Below, one piece after another: positions 20,504-32,600 of a stretch of 64,000 nt of DNA. The DNA is from Macrostomum lignano (taxonomy: Eukaryota), in assembly GCA_002269645.1 (NCBI GenBank), contig NIVC01000333.1:10335-74334 (forward strand), given 5' to 3'. Position 1 is the first letter of the stretch. Each line of letters opens with the position of its first letter. Below the pieces are notes generated by a model. The model was not told where the DNA came from and searched no databases. It was given only the letters and a program-made list of their open reading frames with translations. A program made the translations under genes and the position numbers.

Positions 20504-23500
20504 TCAGTTGCCCAGGTACGATCTGGAAATTTGATGAGGTAAATATTGTAAAAATGGTTTTCTTTTTTATATTAGAGTATATTGAGATTCCAGATAAGGA
20601 GATTAAAGATCCCAGATTAGTTTATTAGCATAACAGATTAGGATGATGGGATTCTAGATTAGGACATTAAATTTCCAGATTAGGATATTAGAATAACAGA
20701 TTAGGATATTATGATTCCAAATTAGGATATTAAATTTCCAGATTAGGATATTAGAACAGATTTGGGTATTAGGATTCTAGATTTGGATATTAGACTCCAG
20801 ATTAGAATATTACTCGTAGGATTCTAGATTAGGATGGTGGATTCTAGATTAGGATATTGGGATTCTAGATTAGGATATTAGTATTCTAGATAAGGATTGG
20901 AATTCTAGATTAGGGCATTATTATTCTAGATTAGGATATTGGGATTCTAGATTAGGATACTGGGATTCTAGATTAGGATATTGGGATTCTAGATTAGGAT
21001 ACTGGGATTCTAGATTAGGATACTGGGATTCTAGATTAGAATATTGGGATGCTAGATTACGAATAGGATATTTTGATTCCATATTAGGATAACTGGGATC
21101 TTTATGGGTCTTTGCCAGTAAAAGCTTCTTTCAGTTTATTGTCATAATCCTAGCCTTAATCCTACCAATGCCAAGCTCAACAAGCCTCAATAAACTTACG
21201 GCAGCTTGAACTTGATAAACACCCGGCTAACAAAGAATCCAACTAGGATGGCCAATAGGCCAATAGCCAATAGGATAATCCGGTTCAGCTTAGGCAGGCT
21301 AGGCTTGTTAGTCTGATCCAGAATGATGAAGCCGCAGCCGCCAAGCAGAAACATGAAGCTGGAGGCCAGGCCCTCCATGATGTATTGGCCATTGATACGG
21401 TAAGCCATGAAGGCAACCTGGATAAATAATAATGAGAAGTAATTTAAGAGTAAAAAGTATTAATCTTTAAGCAGATAACTGATGCATTAGATTTTAACTT
21501 ACAGGCTTGCTCTTGCCATTGGCATCTGTAGTTGATCCAATTGATGGCGGCTCAACAATTACATCATAGATGACACCTACAGATAGTACAAATAGTGACA
21601 TAGATTAGATTACTGTAATATAGCCCATATTTAAGCCCATACTAAAACCTTCTAAGGTATAGATTTGGTAGCAAATAGTGATTATATTTTCACATAATTG
21701 TAGTTGATTTATTATGATTTAGTTTTTATAGACTTGCAATTAAGCAAATTTGTTATCTAAGGTTTAACTAACAAAACTAATAAAATAATTAGCCATAAAA
21801 ATAGTCTGTTAATAAGTATTAGTTCAATAATAAGCATTACTATTTACTAAGCATCAAGGTTTTTTTCTACTAACAAATCTTCAGTTCTCAAACAATAAAC
21901 ATTGGTAACATTATGCTTGTAAATTAGATTAAAATCTATCAATAAAACAATAAGAATATAAAGGGACTTTTTAAAGGGACTATCATTTAAAGGGACTTCA
22001 ATGTTATCTAAATAGCACCATAGCAAGGGTACATTTTTGGACTAGTATTTTCAAAGAATGCTATCAAGGAATGATATACTATAGACTTGCATTTTCACAA
22101 GTGCCAAAGCTATTGCAAAGGAGGTACTACAAGTTTTTGCAAATCTTAGCAAACATATTTTAATATAATTCCTATTTAAAAAAACAAAAAACAATTGTGG
22201 ATATATTTTTCTGTTCATTTCCTATGTACATTGCTTCTATAGTTAGGATCATGGCAACACCTGTACCAGAACAAATCCTATAAAAAAGTTAGCTTGTGCT
22301 GTGTTTTGGAGCTATTCTTATCAAACAAGTTTGCTTATACTATGTATTAAACTATTCTTTGTCAGAAAAAACTACAACATACCACCAATTTTTACAATAA
22401 TCTTGCAAGTATAACTTGTGTAACTATAAGTGTAAGAGAAATTGTCAACTTTAATAATAAAAGCTAAAGCCTAAATTTATTTTTTTTTGTTTTTTTAATA
22501 TGTTTTATAGAAGCTACAATACTGATATATTTTAATTAAAAAAAGCAGTCAATATATTTTCTATTAGCAAAAATAATGTCAAATTAAAATATCTTATCCT
22601 ATACCAAATTTCACTGATTTTTTGTCTTGTTCCATACGGTGTTGATTTTTTTCTTTGCATGCCATAGTCAAGAAAAATGCATATATGCTAAAAATCTCTA
22701 GGGTATGTTTAAGTATTTGGTATATACATTTACCAATTATATTGGCTAGTTATTGGCCAATTACATTATAAATAATTGTCACAACAGTTGTCTATGCATT
22801 TATAATCATAAATTTTGATAACTAATTAATGCAAAACTAATTTCTTTGTTTTTTACAAGGTAAAGGTATGGATTTCTAACAAAAATATAAATTTTGATTT
22901 TTGTTCTTTATATACATGAAACATTATATAAATATAACTACTATTTTAGTTTCTAAGGTTCAAAGAAAATTGGTTGAACAGTTTCTTTCTGAAATCAATC
23001 ACATACCTTTACCTACCTAGATATTGACAAACCAATTTTTAGTATATAGACTTTGTCTAATTGAAATTGAATATAAAAATCACTAGTCTAATATAAACAT
23101 TTCAAGACTGACAAATTTACAGCTTTGCATAAGGTACTATATTGGCATATAGAAAAATTTAGGTCCTCTTTTTTTCTAAGATATATATAGTGTTCCAAAC
23201 TTGGCCTACATGCTAATATGCAAAAATGTACTAGCAAAATGCATGTGCAACACCTTTTTGCACTATAATTTTTCTATGAAAAAGGTCATTTTTCTGTCTA
23301 TGGCACTGCATATACATTTGTAATTAATAATTAATTACAAAACTGCTTCATAAAAAATCTAGAAAAATTACAATGTTTTGTACAATTTAGATTTAGAAAA
23401 TGCTTATAATTTTAATATATAAAGAACACCTTTGTCAGCTAAAATTATTTTTAAAATGCTTTTTGTATATAAAATACTAAGTTTTATGCATAGGCCCCTA

Positions 23501-26382
23501 TTGCACTATTATTTATTTATTGTTAATTCAAAGTAAAAAATGGTTCAAATTCTTTAAATTCTAAAAAAATAACTTTGAACTTGAAAAAGATTTAAACTTC
23601 TATTATTGAATAATAATAATTGCTAAAAATAAATTTTAAACAGTCTTTAGGGTCTTCTAAAAATAATTAATTGTTTTGTACAATTTAACCTAAGGCAAAG
23701 CTTAAACTATATAAAAATAGTATTAGTGACATCATTTATTTTACTTTTAGCCCATAAAAGCTTGCATTACCAAATAACAAAAAAGCTATATATTATACAG
23801 TTTCTTCTTAGTGCATAATGATTTCATTCTATAGTTTATTTAAATTTCATTCTATATTTTTACAAAAAATAATTATACAGTTTGGCAAAATCCAAAAATG
23901 TGGGATAAAATGGTAAAACAAATCTGTGGACATTTGATAGAAGGTAATGTAACTAAAAAAGCTCTTTGAAAGATAGATATTAGACTTTGAAAAAAAAGTT
24001 CTGGATAAAAACTATTGTTTTCATGCTTTATATTACTGAATACATGAGTAAAAAACCACAAAAAAGTATTTTAAAAGTCTAAGTTAACCAATTTGCAATT
24101 TTTTGTTTCATTTTGAATTTATAAACAATTAATTTTAAGACTTGTAGACCTTAGAGAAGGCTAACTTTTTCACTACTTACAAAACAGAAAGTATTCAGTG
24201 TTTTAATTTTTATTTTATTCAAAAAGATGAAGTATTTCTAAGGATTTCTAAGTTTTTCTAAAACCATATAAAGTTGCAAAAATTCATACTAATTTAAAGT
24301 GCAAAGTTTGCCAGCAAACATCTTTCTCTAAAAGTAAATATACCGCTAAATCCTTGTTGCAAAATAATCTTTAAGTTGTTTTCTTTCATTTAAATATCAA
24401 CTTGTATGGTATTAGTATATAGGCTATAATATGCCTATATTTAGACTTAAAATTTTTGGGTAAAAATGGTACCACAAAATATGAACCCGGCATCCAAATC
24501 AAATCCTTTCTGTAGGCTTATGAGGCAATTACACTGAAACAATGAAATTACACTTAATATATATCATTGCAGGGCATATACAAGAAAAAAAATAATTTTC
24601 CAAATTGCTTTAGTAGAAGCTAAGTAAAATGCAATTTTCAGATCCTTATGGTTCCAATATGTTACCTGGCTTCCAAATTAGATGTTTACCATATGTTTAT
24701 TAAGCAATAAAGAACAATGAAATTATACTATAAAAATATGTATCATTGCGGCATATATACAGGAATTTTTTTTTCCAAATTGTTTCAGTAAAAGCTAAGA
24801 CCTAAGTAAAATGTAATTTTCCAATCCTTATGGGAATTTGTGTGCTTAAATAATAAACTTAATGTTAAATACAGTATTAATTGCAAATTAACTCTATAAA
24901 ATACACATTGTTAATAGTAACAAGTGATAAACAAATAGGCCTAAACCCTTAGGCTATACATTAATAATTTGTGCTTTTATAGATACTTCTAACTTTTTAA
25001 GCTCAAATAAATTAATTCTATAGCTTTATTGATTTCAAATTGTCAAAAAAACGAATTTTCAAAAAACTTGCCAACAATTTTGGATTTCGCCAGTCTACAT
25101 CCTATAATTATAAGATATTATCTATTTTAGCTGTGTTGGGCACCAGTCCATTAATAGGCGTTAATAAGTGTTAAGATTTTTCATTAACATTAATAGACTG
25201 TCGTTAAGATTTTTTTGAACTAACAAATTAATGAATTTGTGTTAAAAATTTGTGAATTAATGATAAATTCATAGTTAACGGTAATGTTTATGTTAATGAC
25301 CAAAGACACAAAGAAGGAACGAAAAATAGAAGTCTTACAAGAAGTTTAAACATTACGAACGTATTTGAGCTTACCTATATGCCTAAATATAATCTCTTTA
25401 TTTATGATGATGATTATACAGAGGTACATGTAATTAACAACTTCTTAAAAAATAAACTTTAAAATAATGAATTAAAATAGTGTGAAACTTTTTTTCTTGC
25501 GCATGAGAATCAATCGCTTTGATTCACTTCTATCCCAATCTTTCGCAACTTTCTGCTGCACCTGCTAATGGTACTGAAACAACCTTATGCATATTTACTT
25601 ATGAATTTCTTATTATTAGCTCTTAAGTTTCAAATAAAATTAGTTACTTTTTTACCATATGCTTTACTTATAGTAGTATTATGCATGCAAGTTTTTAAAA
25701 TGATTATTTATTACTTTTTTAGCTTTCAAATTGCTTAGATGACCTCTGTGTTTCGCTAAAAAGATGGAATAGCAAAGACGTGCAATACGAAGTCTGTTTT
25801 GGAAAAAATGTGCAAGATTTCCATATTTTCTGTGTTAACTTTAATGGATTAACACTTATTAATGATTATCAGTTAACTTAACAAAATTAGGAGTTAAAAA
25901 GTTAAGATTTTTTTGTTTTAACGCTAACGCTTTTGCTATTAATGGAAGTTAAGATTTTCATTAATGGTGCCCAACACTGTATTTTAGTTATTCAATGAGT
26001 TTAGATCTACCTTTTGGTTGACTGCTAAGATATTAAATTTTCTTTTTAAAGCTTTTCGGCATGGGACTAGCTAGCATTCTGACATTGCCTAATCATTGCC
26101 TAGGCTAAAACTAAATTTAATAAATTAATAATACAAAACGAATGAAAACGCGCACAACAAAAAAATCGAGCACTGAAACATCTTAAAACCCTTTATGCCA
26201 TTGTCTCAGCAATTAAATATGCACTTAAAAGTTACAAACTTACCTCCAGTTACAAGAAAGTATGACACCAAGATAAGCGCGAAGACAAACATTGGAGATG
26301 GCGTTTTAAGCCATGATGGCTTGCGTAATTTTAGATTTGGGCATATGAAAACTTGGAAAGGCAAACTAAAAAGGGCTTCCAT
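20504..26382 (-). CDS. OSTC: Oligosaccharyltransferase subunit OSTC/DC2, 149 aa; complement(join(20504..20522,21200..21417,21503..21576,26244..26382))
   Basis: [25 protein letters not shown]...[22 protein letters not shown]...[22 protein letters not shown]...KLPSYLGN*. All introns GT-AG with consistent phases; 450 nt in total. Confidence 0.95.
20580..21095 (+). repeat. ~22-bp minisatellite (GGGATTCTAGATTAGGATATT-like) in OSTC intron 3
   Basis: TCTAGATTAGGAT recurs throughout. Confidence 0.9.
25131..25979. mobile_element. 849-bp non-autonomous hAT-like element in OSTC intron 1
   Basis: TIR C(T/A)GTGTTGGGCACCA...TGGTGCCCAACACTG; exact 8-bp TSD TATTTTAG (25123-25130 and 25980-25987); AT-rich interior with no ORF. 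Confidence 0.88.
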
Positions 26383-26715
26383 TCTCTGAATGACAATATA
26401 AATAATAATTAATTATAAAAAAATGAGTAGGCTCAAGTGCTGTGACCAAGTATCAATTACAAGTTGATCCTCTTTGGTGGTCGGTCGATCTTTTGATTTT
26501 TCCAAGAAATGATAGGAAGTTCATACTCGTCAAAAGTCGTGGAAAATAAAATAAAACAATAGTTTGAACTAAATAGCATTTACTTAAGCAGTTAATGTAA
26601 TATTACTGCTTTAGTGTAATTTTACAATAAAAATGCCAATTTTAAACACATTCATAATTAGTAGAATCGCATTTATTAAAGGCTTACACGATCTAAATAT
26701 CTTGCATCGTATAAT

Positions 26716-27403
26716 CAAGGACGACTTAAGTAGGACGGGAAACCTCGTTTCTTAGAAAAGTTTTGAAGGCACTTTTCCCGAAAAAAATACACTACGGAGA
26801 TAGGAAGTTGTCATTTTTTCAGCACAAAAATTGTTATTGCGTTTGATAGGAGACAGGAGTGTTCATCTTTTGATATGTTGTGCCTTTTTTATTGCTCTAT
26901 CGATATTTATAAAGCTTTTCGTTCAGAAAATTAGGATTCTATGTTAATTTTTTATTTTCCGTATATTTTCGCGTGTCTTGTGCTTGAAATACATTAGAAT
27001 GCCACGGCTCGGCTCTTTGGTTTCATGAGTCTATTTTATCATTCTTACCCGACTGTGTAGCAAATATTTGTAACAGAGATGATAAAATAGGTTCATAAAA
27101 CCAAATATTGGAGCTGTGTCATGCATTTTTGTGATTTTGTAGATACAGGAAATATACTTAGAATAAAAAATTAACATAGAATCCTAATTTTCTGAACGAA
27201 AAGCTTTATAAATATCGATAGAGCAATAAAAAGGCACAACATATCAAAAGATTAACACAGGATCTGCCTCCTATCAAACGCAATAACAATTTTTGTGCTG
27301 AAAAAATGAAAACTATCTCCGTAGTGTATTTTTCGGGAAAAAAGTGCCTTCAAAACTTTTCTAAGAAGCGAGATTTCCCGTCCTTCTACTTAAGTCGTCC
27401 TTG
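26716..27403. mobile_element. 688-bp MITE with ~250-bp TIRs (hAT or P superfamily)
   Basis: CAAGGACGACTTAAGTAG...CTACTTAAGTCGTCCTTG; ~26716-26960 is the reverse complement of ~27150-27403; exact 8-bp TSD CGTATAAT (26708-26715 and 27404-27411). Confidence 0.92.
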
Positions 27404-28749
27404 CGTATAATTCGCTTCTTATATCCGTTACTAAAATTTGCATTTAGAATGTTTGACTAGAGCGTTATGGACATTCAAACATACTTTGTACAAACCTTAG
27501 ATATTTAGTATATTTGGATTTTATTTGATACTCATTAAAAATAAATCTGCGACTTCTGGGTCACAGATTCAAGCTATAATGCAAGGCACCAACATTAATT
27601 AATGTCAGTAAGTGCACTCGATTGTCAATAAATCAAGATTCGAAAATAACTTAATGACTCATGTCTGTCAACATTAATAAATTAATCATTTGAAAGTATC
27701 CTGATAAACATAAATAAACTAGTTGTAACCAGGGGTGAGGGGTCGGATCGATTTGATGGATTTAATAAGATTATGAATCACACTTTCCTAGAGCGAAAAA
27801 ATAAGAACCATGACGTCAAATTAATTAAACAAAAACGACCCACTTTAGTTGGATGCTAAAGATCGATCCAGTGTAGTAAAAATAAACGCAAGTGACGCGC
27901 AGTTAAGAAATTTCCGCTTTAATAATCTGTTAGCTAAAGTGTGGCAATCATATGTATTTGGAAAAATATTTCAAAACGCTTGATTATTAAATGTACGTAA
28001 TGATAACCGAATTAAATTTACAAAAATTTACAAACCCACGGATCGACAAAGTCTACATACATGTAATACCGCGACCAAAATAATCAGTTCTACACTGTAA
28101 AGGACAACACAAGACATAGATAGTAAATGAATAAGACAATATCTAGACCCAACAGAATTGAGCAAGTGTAAACTCCCGATCATACTGCGCATGTGCATGT
28201 ACATGATGTCGAAGAAGGTTGGCTGGCAATTAAAACAAAGCATGGAAATAAATCAATGATTCCCTAAATCAAATATTTTGTCATTAGAGATGTGTCAAGT
28301 CAACCTATTATCTATTTCAGTGTCGGAATAGAATGACGCAGTGTACTTGTACTTCAAAATTGTTATCTTAGCATCGTTATAACCATTGTCACCGTTATAA
28401 AAATAAATTATCCAGCCCGTATAAATAAATAAAACAAAAATGACGCGTATACCTAAAAAGTGGAAGGATGCGATGGTTAATCAATTTGAATGAGTTAATT
28501 AGGTCATTCATCTAGTCAATGCTAGAATACAGTGAGACCAATGATCTTGTACATGTGATCCTAATTTTGCAAGACACAGGGTAAATATAACTGATTTATG
28601 ATAATTTTTATGGTTTTAAAAAGACATCAAAATCAACAGGCAATAGCAAAGGAAAAGTGAAAGAAACAAAAGAAAAACGAAAAAAATCTCTTTTAAGTTT
28701 CGAGGTCAGTGTTACTTGACATAGGATAAATCTCTCGAATCTGAGAACT

Positions 28750-29550
28750 GGGTCAGAATCTGTAATCTGGGTCAGAATTTTGAATCTGGGTCAGAATCTG
28801 AGATCTCGGTCAGAATTTGGGATCTGGATCACAATCTGGGATCTGAATCATAATCTGGGATCTGGGTCAGAATTTGGGATCTGGAACAGAATCTGGGATC
28901 TGAATCATAATCTGGGATCTGGGTCAGAATCTGGGATCTGGGTCAGAATCTGGGATCTGGATCAGAATCTGGGATCTGGATCAGAATCTGGGATCTGGAT
29001 CATAATCTGGGATCTGGATCATATTCTGGGATCTGGATCAGCATCTGGGATCTGGGTCAGAATCTGGGATCTGGGTCAGAAATTCAGAATCTGGGATCTG
29101 GGTCAGAATCTGTAATCTGGGTCAGAAATTCAGAATCTGGGATTTGGGTCAGAATCTGGGATCTGGGTCAGAATCTGGGATCTGGATCAGAATCTGGGAT
29201 CTGGATCAGCATCTGGGATCTGGGTCAGAATCTGGGATCTGGGTCAGAATCTGGGATCTGGGTCAGAATCTGGGATCTGGGTCAGAATCTGGGATCTGGA
29301 TCGGCATCTGGGATCTGGGTCAGAATCTGGGATCTGGGTCAGAAATTCAGAATCTGGGATCTGGGTCAGAATCTGGGATCTGGATCAGCATCTGGGATCT
29401 GGGTCAGAATCTGGGATCTGGATCAGAATCTGGGATCTGGGTCAGAAACTGGGATCTGGGCCAGAAATTCAGAATCTGGGATCTGGGTCAGAATCTGGGA
29501 TCTGGGTCAGAATCTGGGATCTGGATCGGCATCTGGGATCTAAGTCAGAA
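28750..29550 (+). repeat. GGGATCT-core minisatellite (GGGTCAGAATCTGGGATCT, ~19 bp with variants) downstream of SARA
   Basis: Directly visible. Confidence 0.92.
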
Positions 29551-29694
29551 TCTGAAGGACTGGGTAGGAATATGAGATGATAATTACAATCTATGATCAG
29601 GTTGATAGCAAGGATCAGAATGACAATCTGGGATAAGAAATTTCGGGTTCGAGATGGCTAGCAGCCATTAACAAAGACATCCAACGATAGTCCA

Positions 29695-32600
29695 TCACGC
29701 GTACAGGCAGACAAAGCGCAGCTCCAGCGCCAGCTCGGATCGCAGGCCGCGGCCCAGCTCGCTGAGCGCCGGCACAAGCGCCTGGTCGAGCCGTTCGGCG
29801 GCTCCTTCGGCCAGCAGGGTGGCACCGCCGCTGGCTGCCGCCTCGTAGTGCAGGCTGTCCGGGCCAAGGCGAGCTCGGACGGCCAGAATCCGCTGACCGT
29901 AGGCCAGGAGCTCCGGGGCGCACCCATCTAGAGCTTGACAGACGGCACCGGCCAGGTGTCCCGCAATGCGCAGACTGTCGGCCGGGGTGCCATCGGTCTG
30001 GTCGGCGTCGCGCAGCAGGCTGGCCAGGGTCCACCGGATCCGCCTGCAGGACTGCCGCTGCCGCTGCTGCTGGCCGGCCGCTATGGGCATCGCCTGGCGC
30101 CCGGCGCCAGTCAGCGGGGCGCCATCAATCGGACTGACATCGGCGTCATCGCCGTCGAAGTCCGTCTCGTCGTCGTCTAGCCAGCGGAATTCGATCAATT
30201 CGCTGCCGTCGGGTACAGCCGAGAATCCGAGCGAGGCCTGCGCCTGCGGCTGCTGGCAGACGGCCGACCAGTTGCGCATGGCCTTCAGCGAGTCCATCAG
30301 CTGGGTCAGCTGGGCGTCCGTCAGCTGCACCATGACGCCGTCTTCGACAATGCTGGCCCTGCTGGCTGCGAAGCCACCAGCGTTGAACACAACAAACAGG
30401 CCGGCCGTGGTGGCCAGCTGGCGGCTCTCCGCGCTGACAGCCTCGGTTGAGTAGTCGCCTGGGATTCGGGACGGGCGTGTGGGGCATACTACGGATTCTG
30501 AACATCTACGGGTAAATAAACAGGATAGCCGATATCTGTAGATGATATACATGGGATCTCAATGATCGACACGGGATCTCAATGATCGACACGGGATCTC
30601 AATGATCCACACAGAATCTCAATGATCTATATGGTATCTCAATGATCTACATGGGATCTCAATGATCTACATGGGATCTCAATGATCCACACAGAATCTC
30701 AATGATCTATATGGTATCTCAATGATCTACATGGGATCTCAATGATCTACATGGGATCTCAATGATCCACACAAGATCTCAATGATCTATATGGTATCTC
30801 AATGATCTAAACGAGATGTCAATGATCTACGTGGGATCTCAATGATCTATATGGTATCTCAATGATATACACGGGATCTCAATAATCTACACGGGATCTC
30901 AATAATCTACACGGGATCTCTATGATCTACACGGGATCTCTATGATCTACATGGGATCTCAATGATCTACTTGGGATCTATAATATCTAAATATGTCTTG
31001 GATCTTTAAATCTACATGAGACATTCCATAAATAGATGAGATTCGCAATGTAAATTCCCAAGAATACCCTAATACCCAAAGTAAAGTTCACAAAACCGCG
31101 GCACCCGCACCAGTTTCCATATTCTGATGGCACACCAGATGGGCGTCGGCAGAGGGACTGAACTCGGCGCCGAATGCCAGCACCTTGGCGTCCGGCTGGC
31201 ACTGGGCCAGCGCCTTCTGCACGGCGGCGTAGGAGGCGGTCGGGCACAGCACCGAGGTGCAGCCGGCGCGCAGATGGACGCGCAGGCCGGGCGGGGCAGG
31301 CAGGGTGTAAGTGAAGTTGCGGAAATCGGCCAGCAGGCCAATCAGAGAGCGGCCGAGTTCGCCAAACACAGGCGCCCGGTCGCGCACGGAGACCAGCGGC
31401 GATGGGTAGAGGCGGCTCTCGGAGCCAAGGCGCAGCAACAGGCGCTCGGGGAACAGCTCGGCCCAGGGCGCTTCCCATCTGCGATTTGTTGTTGAATTGA
31501 GATGGAAATCGAATGGAAATTGAGGATCTACTCGTAGATAGACCTAATCGATTAACATTGGGATGGGATGGATCACAGTCTAACAAGGGGATCTGGATGA
31601 GATAAAAGTCTAACATGGGAATCTGGATGGGATGACAGTCTAACATGGAAATCTGGATGGGATGACAGTCTAACATGGGAATCTGGATGGGATCACAGTC
31701 TAACATGGGGATCTGAATGGGATCACAGTTTAACATGGGGATCTGGGTGGAATCAATGTCTAACATGGGGATCTGGATGGGGTCAAAGACTAACGTGGGG
31801 ATCTGGATGGCGTCAAAGACTAACGTGGGGATCTGGATGAGGTCAAAGACTAACGTGGGGATCTGGATGGGGTCAAAGACTAACGTGGGGATCTGGATGG
31901 GATCACAGTCTAACATGGGGATCTGTATGGACTTGCCAGTGTGGCAAGTGGCCCACAATAACAGCCGCATACCTGAGCACTAGCAATCCGCAGAGAAGCT
32001 GCCGACAGACCAAGTCAGCCTCCATGCCCAAATTCTGGAGGCAGTGCAGCCGGCTTGGCCGGAAGAATAACCAGCCGGCGTTGCTACGGTCGCCTAGCAA
32101 CGGCCGGCCGGCGTGCCAGCCAACAAATGACAGGTGCCGAGCCCAGGAGCCGGCGTAGGCGCGTTCGTACACGGCGTAGACCAGGTGCAACAGGTGCAAC
32201 GGTGGCAGAATGGATTCGTCGGTGCCGTCAATGGCCGGGGGCCGGCGGCTGAGCAGCAGCAGCAAATCGGTTTGACCAACCGAGTCCAGGCCGCGGGTGA
32301 CCAGCAGCCAGGCTGACGGATGGCCGCAGCAGGGCAGACTGACTAAGCGGCATTGAGCAGAGATGTTCATCGTCACCTGGTAGGTTACCTGTTGATGGTG
32401 GGATAGACTACTATGGCAATAGTTGGATCACTAGTACTTAAACAGCAACACAGAAGTGTTAGACACTGGTATAGGGTGTGTCGAAGGCTGCGCGCCGCTT
32501 TCAAGATCGACAACGAGGTCCAGTGTCTAAACACGGCGCTATATCGCTGCGCCGGCCTGGTCCGTCGCGCCGTCGGCGACACCCAGCTGGCAGGCCACAT

